Position numbers and translations under genes: made by a program. A stretch of DNA of 64,000 bases, from the NCBI RefSeq assembly GCF_964355755.1, contig NC_092676.1, positions 14,092,871-14,156,870 of the forward strand, written 5' to 3'. Positions 56,401-62,479 of the stretch are shown here, one piece after another. The notes beneath the pieces are model-generated. The model was not told the origin of the DNA and ran no database searches. It saw only the letters and a list, made by a program, of their open reading frames with translations. This stretch comes from Antedon mediterranea (taxonomy: Eukaryota > Animalia > Echinodermata). Position 1 is the stretch's first letter. The number at the start of each line of letters is the position of its first letter.

Positions 56401-58056
56401 AATGTTCCGATGAAATGTTCGACAGAATCGCGTTTGATATTAGGTGGTCGATATTAAGTAGCAACTAGTAATTTCAAAGATCGAGATATGATCACTTCGG
56501 TCCATATTATTTTGTCTTCCTGGTGAAATAATCTACGACTGGTCAATCGAATTGAGATGTACATAAGAACACCTCCTCCACGTCGTCCGTCCTCCTGCCT
56601 ATCTCGTCTGTAGAGCCTAAAGTCGGGAAACGTGATTTCAGAATCAATGACAAAATCTTTTAACCATGTCTCCGAGAAGGAAACGATAACATAGATGTGG
56701 TTTAACATGTGTGTCTGCATACTTGAGTGCAGTATATCAATTTTGTTTTTTATACTTTTCTAGTAATACATATTAATAATACTGTTTGCCATTTTTACTA
56801 CTAAAATTCTGGGTTGTTGATTGTAGCGGACTCGGGTTTAATTCTCTGAATTGAGTTAATTTCGGCTGAAAAGATGCACATTTAGAATACTAACTCACCG
56901 ACCGGCTCGATAAACGCTTTGATCCTGTAACGAACGTAGTTACTTACGAGGATGGTTCGTGATTGAACATCGTATTCCTCACTGAACTGAATGAACCTTA
57001 TAAATGTTTTTCCGTAGAAACAGAAATAAAAGTAGGATGATTAAATCCGCATGTGTTTTCTTCAAAGCAGACATATTGGTTGAGATAGTCTAAATCCGTT
57101 GTTTTCTAAGGCAAGTAATGTGTGTAGTATGTGCTTGGTATCTTTGAAAAAGACATTCTAATTAATAACACAATGATACTTCAAGCTGAAATGTGTTTCA
57201 ATCGGCAATGTAATCAAATATCAGAATTAGTAGGCCTACGCAGTTATTTTGCCGATTAATAAAAGCATAAGATCACAAACAAAGTCAAAAACACAATTCA
57301 ATGGATATCAAACAAGTTTTAAAAAACATTAATAACAAAAAAAACACATAGTTATTGTTTCGTAATAATGACAGGACTTGGCCTTTTGTATTGTTAATAA
57401 AACGTTCTCCCAATGGTTCAAAGTTAAAGCCCATAGAAATGAATTCCGTAACGTAACGTAACGTGAATGTCCTATCATTAACAAATTAACCGCGTTTTGT
57501 CAGAATTTCGTCCGTGGAAAATCTGCGTGGGTATGGTACATGTTTTCTGGATGGTACTGGAAATGCATTTACCCCATGCCAATGGTGGTAATGTAATGTA
57601 ATATAATATTAACCCAAAGGCAAATTACTGACAAAATGACAATGCTGTGGGTATCAGTGGCCAGATCTCAATGGAGATGCAAAATGAAATGAAATGAAAA
57701 AACTAAATCAAAACGATCAAAAATTAAACAGCCAGACAAATTTACATTATAGCTTTTGGACAACATTAGCCCTTCATCAGTGGAAGTGATATGATAAAAA
57801 TGTATATATAGGTCTAGCTAGAAGATCTAGTTATATTTTAATAATTCACGTATTAACCTAGGCCTATCTCATTCAGAAACTTACTCCGATGCAGGTTTAT
57901 TACTACGAGAACCAGTTAACTACCACTACTGTACATTAAATGTTAACTTACATTTGTCAATCTGACAATAGTCCTTCACAATATCATCATCCGGTTTGTA
58001 ATAGCACCAAGGAGCCGATGAGTTATCTGGGTTTCTGCAGTAGTTTGATTCAAGAT
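2339..58056 (-). CDS. Giant multi-exon mosaic receptor gene (partial), GRL101-like LDLa/LRR GPCR with extended ectodomain: KR-PAN-3xFA58C-CLECT-EGF_CA-CLECT-3xCUB-CLECT-7xLDLa-LRRNT-LRRn
   Basis: 35 exons with AG/GT boundaries (one GC donor) join with compatible phases into ~5.77 kb of stop-free frame. The LDLa cluster contains the GRL101-type CIYE...GCRDSTHL..C module and is followed by LRRNT and 72-nt LRR exons. The 7TM domain is not in the window. Confidence 0.85.
2520..2750 (+). mobile_element. LINE (CR1/L2-clade) 3' fragment
   Basis: [13 protein letters not shown]...SLEGFK, the typical ORF2 C-terminus. Confidence 0.65.
2923..2994 (-). CDS. Exon: LRR (72 nt)
   Basis: [24 protein letters not shown]. 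Confidence 0.9.
3528..3599 (-). CDS. Exon: LRR (72 nt)
   Basis: [25 protein letters not shown]. Confidence 0.9.
3899..3970 (-). CDS. Exon: LRR (72 nt)
   Basis: [25 protein letters not shown]. Confidence 0.9.
4105..4224 (-). CDS. Exon: extended first LRR with RKRR insert
   Basis: [40 protein letters not shown]; 120 nt, phase 2-2. Confidence 0.8.
4424..4532 (-). CDS. Exon: LRR N-terminal cap
   Basis: [14 protein letters not shown]...LPEKSRAL; phase 1-2. Confidence 0.9.
5190..5303 (-). CDS. Exon: LDLa repeat 7
   Basis: [34 protein letters not shown]. Confidence 0.92.
5492..5608 (-). CDS. Exon: LDLa repeat 6
   Basis: [35 protein letters not shown]. Confidence 0.92.
5925..5968 (+). mobile_element. 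Helentron/HINE-like 3' end
   Basis: GGCGGAGG...GCGCTCTCTGAGTGC hairpin...TAGTTT, the same terminus type as 34370-34406. Confidence 0.5.
7253..7558. mobile_element. Kolobok-type MITE, family A
   Basis: TTAA|AGATGTATTGTCCCC...GGGGACAATATATCT|TTAA. Confidence 0.8.
8440..8700 (+). mobile_element. Penelope-like element 3' UTR/pLTR fragment
   Basis: Contains a minimal hammerhead; 8440-8538 aligns by eye with the reverse complement of ~48420-48535, the 3' UTR of the GIY-YIG element. Confidence 0.65.
8548..8584 (+). ncRNA. Minimal type I hammerhead ribozyme (Penelope-type)
   Basis: GCA-CTGATGA-AGGGC(TAGTGTT)GCCC-GAAA-GC-TC-TGC: intact core, stem II, short stem I and near-palindromic stem III. Confidence 0.75.
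8709..9231 (-). mobile_element. ~370-bp tRNA-containing repeat unit, one full copy plus one truncated tandem copy
   Basis: 8709-8865 is repeated almost exactly at ~9075-9231; unit junctions fall in (TA)n. Confidence 0.8.
8827..8898 (-). tRNA. tRNA-like cloverleaf (anticodon ATC), repeat-borne, probably not a translational tRNA
   Basis: GCCCCAGTGGTCTAATGGTTAGGACATCTGCATATCAAGCAGGCGGTCCGAGTTCGAGTCTCGGTTGGGGCG; all four arms pair, A and B boxes present, T5 just downstream. Confidence 0.7.
9317..9466 (-). CDS. Exon: variant LDLa repeat 5 (GRL101-type)
   Basis: [42 protein letters not shown]. Confidence 0.88.
9793..9906 (-). CDS. Exon: LDLa repeat 4
   Basis: [36 protein letters not shown]. Confidence 0.9.
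10478..10594 (-). CDS. Exon: LDLa repeat 3
   Basis: [35 protein letters not shown]. Confidence 0.92.
11091..11342 (-). CDS. Exon: LDLa repeats 1-2
   Basis: [35 protein letters not shown]...FKCKSS...[17 protein letters not shown]. Confidence 0.92.
12518..12745. mobile_element. Kolobok-type MITE, family A (inverted, internally deleted)
   Basis: AGATATATTGTCCCC...GGGGACAATACATCT|TTAA; interior is the reverse complement of the 14169 copy. Confidence 0.75.
13766..13819 (-). CDS. Exon: 54-nt linker with GC donor
   Basis: [17 protein letters not shown]; tcag acceptor, G|GCAAGT donor, phase 1-1. Confidence 0.6.
13961..14112 (-). CDS. Exon: C-type lectin domain 3, part c (QPD and WHD motifs)
   Basis: [14 protein letters not shown]...HWHDVPC...YICKK; phase 2-1. 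Confidence 0.92.
14102..15137. repeat. Recent ~505/530-bp tandem duplication, each copy holding a family A MITE (14169-14475, 14674-15007)
   Basis: 14102-14604 is nearly identical to 14607-15137, with a short deletion in copy 1. Confidence 0.92.
15200..15284 (-). CDS. Exon: C-type lectin domain 3, part b
   Basis: [24 protein letters not shown]; phase 1-2. Confidence 0.9.
15932..16148 (-). mobile_element. tRNA-derived SINE with CORE-like central domain
   Basis: A box TGGTGTAATGG, B box GGTTCGAGG, TCCTTAGGCAAGATGCTTTAC (CORE-like), (ATACAA)n tail. Confidence 0.7.
16156..16264 (-). pseudogene. 5S rRNA pseudogene or 5S-derived SINE head
   Basis: CATACTGCGTTGAAACACCGGTTCTCGTCAGATCACCGAAGTTAAGCAACGTTGGGCCCGGTT...GGATGGGAGACCG...GGGTGCTGTA; ends truncated, several substitutions. 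Confidence 0.88.
17131..17352 (-). CDS. Exon: canonical C-type lectin domain 3, part a
   Basis: [17 protein letters not shown]...TWFKANASC...[13 protein letters not shown]...IYIG. Confidence 0.92.
17647..18063 (-). CDS. Exon: CUB domain 3
   Basis: [39 protein letters not shown]...[11 protein letters not shown]...LC...[12 protein letters not shown]...GDGFLMEY (not in the supplied ORF track). Confidence 0.92.
18465..18848 (-). CDS. Exon: CUB domain 2
   Basis: [10 protein letters not shown]...[15 protein letters not shown]...CNDFLSV...LLGKFCG...GFSASY. Confidence 0.92.
18943..19184 (-). CDS. Exon: CUB domain 1, part b
   Basis: FTFLWSSLR...CIDKVVI...GIVCG...SLSNQIDL...SFVMAY; phase 2-1. Confidence 0.82.
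19320..19482 (-). CDS. Exon: CUB domain 1, part a
   Basis: C...[33 protein letters not shown]; phase 1-2. Confidence 0.82.
19709..19847 (-). CDS. Exon: divergent C-type lectin-like domain 2, part b
   Basis: [22 protein letters not shown]...[14 protein letters not shown]; phase 0-1, matches part a across an ~11-kb TE-filled intron. Confidence 0.75.
19881..19973 (-). pseudogene. Degenerate partial duplicate of exon 19709-19847 (3' half plus donor)
   Basis: TTGTTCAACAT..GT.CTAACCTTGCTTACACAGTAC...CTGACATTA..CCATTG.CGTGTTTA.TTCCGT matches 19687-19782. Confidence 0.7.
20744..24965. mobile_element. Academ-like non-autonomous DNA transposon inserted into the LINE
   Basis: TIRs TAGTCCAGTCAATCTAATGATAT / ATATCACTAGATTGACTAGACTA, further subterminal IRs, 3-bp TSD TGT/TAT. 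The empty site rejoins the LINE frame [15 protein letters not shown]. Confidence 0.7.
21600..23450 (-). mobile_element. Ty3/Gypsy LTR-retrotransposon remnant (gag plus integrase; PR/RT deleted)
   Basis: Integrase with HHCC zinc finger (LHCGHLG...CDPC), [26 protein letters not shown]; frameshifted gag pieces at 22823-23448. No LTR pair recognised. Confidence 0.9.
27156..30253 (+). mobile_element. Near-intact CR1/L2-clade LINE ORF2 (APE endonuclease plus RT)
   Basis: YCNIRS, ISETWL, GGGV, YRPP, GDFN, DH; RT motifs [32 protein letters not shown]. One frameshift at ~27458; AATAAA plus (ATT)n tail. Confidence 0.95.
30771..30943 (-). CDS. Exon: divergent C-type lectin-like domain 2, part a
   Basis: ...QFNRTCY...[14 protein letters not shown]...; phase 1-0. 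Confidence 0.75.
31269..31391 (-). CDS. Exon: calcium-binding EGF domain
   Basis: [41 protein letters not shown]. Confidence 0.92.
32313..32717 (-). CDS. Exon: divergent C-type lectin-like domain 1
   Basis: C...YKGQC...YRIGI...[12 protein letters not shown]...CV...W...C...LCQF; 405 nt, phase 1-1. Confidence 0.82.
33945..34406 (+). mobile_element. Helentron/HINE (DINE-1-like) non-autonomous element
   Basis: CGCCAAGGAGG start, (TTTG)n microsatellite, GGCGAAGG subterminal IR, CACTCT-C-AGAGTG hairpin, CTAG followed by TTT. Confidence 0.72.
34878..35025 (-). CDS. Exon: F5/8C domain 3, part c
   Basis: [46 protein letters not shown]. Confidence 0.88.
36045..37416. repeat. ~690-bp tandem duplication
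   Basis: 36045-36732 is highly similar to 36733-37416; the breakpoint lies ~50 bp inside a Kolobok-type element. Confidence 0.92.
37369..37955. mobile_element. Kolobok-type MITE, family B
   Basis: TTAA|AGGCCAGGTGCAGGCA...TGCCTGTACCTGAGCT; second copy at 45403-45992. Confidence 0.8.
37962..38410. repeat. Foldback/palindromic element
   Basis: CGAAGTTTTTCCATTGTGCTCGCCTATGTCAGAAT (38070) is inverted at ~38306-38340, and imperfect arms extend outward. Confidence 0.75.
38791..39783. mobile_element. hAT-like non-autonomous element within a ~50-bp minisatellite
   Basis: TIRs CAGGGGTCCCAA / TTGGGACCTCTG; GTGAAAT duplicated on both flanks. Confidence 0.72.
40328..40486 (-). CDS. Exon: F5/8C domain 3, part b
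   Basis: [33 protein letters not shown]...W. Confidence 0.9.
40663..41122 (+). mobile_element. tRNA-containing repeat unit, ~1.4 tandem copies
   Basis: Reverse complement of the 8709-9231 family; two degenerate tRNA modules (~40663, 40981) with the same junction sequence. Confidence 0.8.
41204..41391 (-). CDS. Exon: F5/8C domain 3, part a
   Basis: [21 protein letters not shown]...ARLH...[14 protein letters not shown]. Confidence 0.9.
41609..41753 (-). CDS. Exon: F5/8C domain 2, part c
   Basis: [45 protein letters not shown]. Confidence 0.9.
41916..42077 (-). CDS. Exon: F5/8C domain 2, part b
   Basis: [35 protein letters not shown]...W. Confidence 0.9.
42534..42700 (-). CDS. Exon: F5/8C domain 2, part a
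   Basis: [22 protein letters not shown]...[25 protein letters not shown]. Confidence 0.9.
42896..43040 (-). CDS. Exon: F5/8C domain 1, part c
   Basis: VFTANGEPN...[30 protein letters not shown]; phase 0-1. Confidence 0.9.
43466..43636 (-). CDS. Exon: F5/8C domain 1, part b
   Basis: [38 protein letters not shown]...; phase 0-0. Confidence 0.9.
43935..44160 (+). mobile_element. SINE with Deu/Nin-like domain
   Basis: TGTCCTTCGGATGAGGCCTAAAACCG...GGACGTCAAAGAAC; tail CTGGTAGGCGCT...TGGGTCC..GAGGGC.TAAT...CTGAGGACA. Confidence 0.62.
45403..45992. mobile_element. Kolobok-type MITE, family B copy 2
   Basis: TTAA TSD on both sides; colinear with 37369-37955. Confidence 0.82.
46362..46817. mobile_element. 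Kolobok-type MITE (family A-like TIRs, different interior)
   Basis: TTAA|AGATGTATTGTCCC...GGAACAATACATCT. Confidence 0.7.
46913..47073 (-). CDS. Exon: F5/8 type C (discoidin) domain 1, part a
   Basis: [53 protein letters not shown]; phase 1-0. Confidence 0.9.
47600..48400 (+). mobile_element. Probable L1/Tx1-like LINE 5' remnant
   Basis: SLNVRGFR...ADIIFIQE*H at ~48298-48366 (APE N-terminus), preceded by low-complexity ORF1-like fragments. Confidence 0.45.
48596..52459. mobile_element. 3.9-kb non-autonomous Kolobok-type element with long imperfect inverted arms
   Basis: TTAA|GAGCCATTGTCTGTAA...TTACAGACAATGGCTC|TTAA; arm similarity over roughly 500 bp; internal subrepeats. Confidence 0.82.
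50325..50838. mobile_element. pogo/Tc1-like MITE
   Basis: TA|CAGTTGAACC...GTGGCCGCTTACG subrepeats...CTG|TA. Confidence 0.6.
52714..53981. mobile_element. PIF/Harbinger-like MITE inserted in the GIY-YIG coding sequence
   Basis: TTA|GGCC(A)nTAGTTTGTTTGCTGTCA...TGACAGCAAACAAACA(T)nAGGCC|TTA. Confidence 0.78.
52910..53667. mobile_element. Tc2/pogo-like MITE nested in the previous element
   Basis: TA|.CGTATATTTCGGTGTATAA...TTATACACCGAAATATACGG|TA. Confidence 0.78.
55492..55770 (-). CDS. Exon: PAN/Apple domain
   Basis: ...[21 protein letters not shown]...KCILSNES...; 279 nt, phase 1-1, ag/gtaag. Confidence 0.88.
56190..56790 (-). mobile_element. LINE APE endonuclease fragment
   Basis: FSETWL...[11 protein letters not shown]...RGGGVLMYI; frameshifted. 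Confidence 0.8.
57630..57792 (-). mobile_element. Second Penelope-type terminal fragment with mutated hammerhead
   Basis: CA-CTGATGA-AGGGC(TAATGTT)GTCC-AAAA-GCT; downstream AGATCTGGCCACTGATACCCACAG matches ~8642-8667. Confidence 0.65.
57952..58056 (-). CDS. Exon: kringle domain, C-terminal half
   Basis: [34 protein letters not shown]. Splicing to the PAN exon (T|GT) restores the final Cys. Confidence 0.88.
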
Positions 58057-59589
58057 CTATTATAAAAACCAGTAACACAAGTTTTATTTGTTGGAATTAC
58101 AGGCCAGTGTCAGAAGAATTCTGATTAATATGCGTTACAGCTTCACCATGGTTAGCGATTAGGGGGATTTCAAAAATATTATATTTTTAAAAAAACCAAT
58201 ATTTGTGCACGGAAACAGTATCGTGTCAAATATTGATACGGCGGCGGTGTATTATCCTGAACTGTTATAATATGTGCGTATGGATAACTGAAGAAAGGAC
58301 ACCCGCTATCACTGTCATTTTTTATCAATAATAATATAATTTAATATTTTAAAAAAAAGCAAAAACGATTAATAATACCTATATTATGTACTATGAATCC
58401 TATGGATGATGATTAAATCATGTAATATAAATAAGAAATTAATCACATAATTAAATAAATTAAATTTATAGAGATATTTCGGCAACTTTTAACGATTATC
58501 TACATTTTGTTGATTGCATTAGTTATCCAATTTAGTCTGTTTATACTCTCAATATTGAATATCTCATTCATTCATTTAGATCACGTTGTAGCAATTACTG
58601 GTAGATAAGCGTTCTTGTTTTGAGTGCCTATTTCTGAAAATATTAATCATCAGCACTATAATGATGTTAATAAAGAGAATAATAGGATTCGATATATTAA
58701 TATTAAACAAACACACACAGTAAGTAAAGGTAAATACGAATAGTGAACATTGATATCTTCCTATTGTTAACGCTATGAATGAAGGCATTACAAAAGCTAA
58801 TACTTCGAATGAGGTCTAATAAATATGCCTATTCTCCACGCTGTTTGTTTTTTGAAGACCATAAAACATACTGTTTGTGAATCGATGTTGCCTGTGTGAT
58901 ATGATCCGACACAATGTATCGGAACACTTTGTTTATATTAGAAGATATGCATGAAAATTCACTGTATCTCTTGTCTGACACGTCACCACTTGTCATTCAA
59001 TGCTAAATTTACGCCGAAATTATGTTTCTTTATCTGTATTTGGCCCAATTTATAAATGTGATTTTTTTATGTCACTTACAACAATGTTCTGGTGGCAGAT
59101 AAGGACTATAAACCGTAGGTCCGGTGTACATAGTTTCCCCGTCTGAACTCAGTTCATCACTCGAGACGAGTAGGGGGTTACCCAAGTGAACTGGTACACA
59201 AAATAGCCACTGTGTCGTGAGGTAATTTCCCGCATGATCGTAATCAAAACGGTACTGGGTTTGGTCTACTAGCGTTCCTGCTTCCAACTCGTCATCCATT
59301 CATAGAAGCCTTGATGGAGTAAGCCTACCTGGTGGTGGCCATAGAACGGTCCCGAGATAACGACTATACTTCGGTTTTAGTCGATAGAAGATTGAAATAT
59401 TGTTAGAGATAGAGTATACGATGTTTGATTATGTGTAGATGTGTGACTTGTTCTATTATTTAAATGATGTTCCGCATCAGGAGATGAAAATAGTAGTTGG
59501 GTGTAATTATTTTGTATATCAATTAATTATACTAGACTGTATATTATGCGATAAATAATATTTTATATATATATATATTTAATGTATTG

Positions 59590-61074
59590 TAAAATACATA
59601 AAATTATAAATTTGCTCAAGTTAACTGTATATTTATATTATTTTGCAATCCACGTTTGAGCAATCTCATTTTCATCTAATCGAGTACTTAAAAGAAGTCT
59701 TCTACACATTTAGCAATAATGTGTACTGATGAAATCCATTCAAGTTTTGTTTGGAAAGTTATTACATTGTGTTTGTTTGGTTGTTATATTCAGGGTAATT
59801 GTCCTATATTGCATTGCTTCACTGAGTATCTTTCTTTAAAGGGCCTTCAAACTGGGGTATAACCTACTAATTAAAAGGATGGACATTTTCGGGACGCACA
59901 ATATAAAAACTGTTGCCATATCGTGAACCACAACTGAAGTGAAGAATATATTTTTTTCTCTAGACCTAAGTAATCCTTGGTCCGCCAAACTTGGCAGTTG
60001 TCACAGACTTTTATTTTAACACAATTGACCATCATCTTGACGCGATTAGATGAGTAGTAACAGTTTTGTTACTTATGACATTACGCCTACAGTATAGCAT
60101 CCCTTTTTACTTGATTTTTGGTTGATTAGTGAATATTTAATTGTTGTTATATTGGAATTGGTAACAACTCTTGGCTTGTGTAACATATAACGTATTGATG
60201 AGGTGTTTTAACCTCATTAACATATTTACTTTTGATACTTTCATTTCTTTTACGTACATTTCAGAGTATTGAATGATGTGCTCTTTCTCATATCGAGTAT
60301 TTGGAAAATAATGGCTTATTCAAACTTTCAGTCACCATAAGCACATGTATGATAATAATACTATTTTCAGTGTTCTCGTAAAGACGAAATGCCCCACCAT
60401 GTTCTCTGAGTTTGAGTATGATATTGTTCATTATAAATGAGGTTAAACCTTTTTGTTGATTTTTGCACACCATTTCCATTTATAACATTTGCATACAGTA
60501 GTTCACATAGTCAAAATCTTTGAGAAACACCAAGCTGGACGGACCAAGGATTACTTAGGTCTGGAGGACAGACATCTTCAGTGCCTTGATAAATCCCCTT
60601 CAGTCGTGGTTCGTGCTATGGCAACATTATTATGTAATATTCCTTAGTTTGAAGGCCTTTCTAAGATAAATGTAACAACATGAAATTGTTATGCAACAGC
60701 AAACACTAACTTTCCAAACAAAACTTTATATGGATTTCATCAGTACACATTATTGCTAAATGTGTGGAAGACTTCTTTTAAGTACTCGATCAAATGAGAT
60801 TGGGTGTTTTTTGTCTATACAATTTTCTCTCATTTGCATTACTTTAGACTCCATGCCATAACTTCATGCGGTATACTTTGTTCAATTGCACATGCAAGTA
60901 GCCATCATCAAGAAGTTCTCAAAAGTGGGTTGCAAAATAATATCATAAATATACAGTTAACTATACAATTAACTGGGGAGGACAGGCAATATGGTCACGA
61001 TGTGCATACGTGGTAGATGGATGAAGCTATATTGTATTAACCATGTAATTATGTGGCGTCGGTGTATTTATATT

Positions 61075-61110
<36 letters not shown>

Positions 61111-61240
61111 TTCCTTTTATATTTATAATAATATTGACATTAATTTGTTCTTGAGCTATGGACAATTTTTTACTCTGTATTATTTTTCCGAAATAAAAGA
61201 TGAAATGAAATGAACAAATTTATAATTTTATGTATTTAAC
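59590..61240. mobile_element. Foldback element with ~300-350-bp inverted arms
   Basis: 59664-60010 is inverted at 60515-60801 (e.g. TCGAGTACTTAAAAGAAGTCTTC.ACACATTTAGCAATAATGTGTACTGATGAAATCCAT); an outer IR pairs 59591-59618 with 61211-61237. Confidence 0.78.
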
Positions 61241-61249
61241 AGGTTATTA

Positions 61250-61971
61250 ACTATACTTCCTGACATTTTTTTTTGAAAAATCTTCTATTAAGCAGAATAG
61301 TAACATATATATTCTGAACACCGACAACAAAATGAACTTTCCACGTCAACCCAATAATGAGATATGGATATTTCTTGTCATTATTTGAGAAAAAATAGTA
61401 AATAGAAATGTTTATGTTCTGAACATTTTGACACCTAAATTAATGACAAGTAGTTTTATAGATATCAAAATATATTAACCTTAACAAGGTTGGCAATTGC
61501 ACAATAAAGGTCAAAGGCAAAACTGCGTATTTCCGGGCATTTATGGATGAAATGTTTCATTAAACTAAATAGTAACATATATATTCTGAACAATTTGACA
61601 ACAAAACAAACTGTCTGTGACAACTATTTACTGAGATATGGCAATGCCTTAAAATATGGGTCAAAGGTTAAAACTGCTACGTCCGGTCATTTAAAAAAAA
61701 ATTCATCATTAGAGTAAATAGAAATGTTTATGTTCTGAACATTTTGAGCTAAAATCAACTCTCTATGACCAGTAGTTTCAGAGATGTTGAGAGTTTAAGT
61801 GAAAATGTCCGCCATTTTGAATAATTCAAATTAGGTGACCCAAGAGGTCATTTTGCTTGGCTCCCATAAAAAATTGAATTCGTATAGGGTGGGCAACCTG
61901 TATACCAAATTTGGTGCTTTTGAAAGAAACTGAACCAAACATCCTTATTTCAGCCCTAACAGACTCCACTA
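61250..61971. mobile_element. Academ-like non-autonomous fragment
   Basis: Subrepeats shared with 1090-1721; ends in ...CTCCACTA. Confidence 0.45.
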
Positions 61972-62145
61972 TTAAAGAGTCGCTATCCAATCGAGTTTGA
62001 ACAATACCATGAAAGCCTCAGTGGTCAATGGTTAGGACATCTGCATATCAAGCAAACGGTTCTGGGTTCGAGTCTCGGTTGGGGTTTTTTGTTTCATTCT
62101 CACAGATTTCCTCATCTTATCGTTTCAAATTAATTAATTAAATTT
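61972..62145 (+). mobile_element. tRNA-containing repeat unit, partial third locus
   Basis: Same upstream flank (AAAGAGTCGCTATCCAATCGAG...CCATGAAA), tRNA module at 62015-62085, same downstream flank. Confidence 0.8.
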
Positions 62146-62479
62146 GAAGTGATGTTTATATATAAAATAATATAAATTTAAATTATCTACATACTTATTA
62201 CATACTTGCAAAGTTATGAGAAAACGGGAAATCTTGAATTGCGGGAAATGCCCAAAAGGGATTTACGAGGCTTTTAGTATGTTATTCTAAACACATCTGA
62301 ACTAATCCTGAAAAATCAGCTTGTTATAATATAATAATAATTTATTTGGAAGTTACACTTTTGAAACAGTGACACACGTCTTGAATGAAGGTGCGTCCAG
62401 AGTAAATAAAATAAAAGTTAGAGAAAAAAATGATTTAACAATAGGCCTATATACAGTACATAGAAACGTAAACTAAATT

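Noticed and set aside
56899-56996. Open exon-like segment ([32 protein letters not shown]) with ag/gtgag boundaries
   Set aside because: It needs a phase-2 entry, but the kringle exon ends in phase 1 and splices perfectly to the PAN exon, restoring Cys. No domain signature.
58872-59002. Possible kringle N-terminal half
   Set aside because: Stops in all three frames from the nearest acceptor; only vague motif resemblance.
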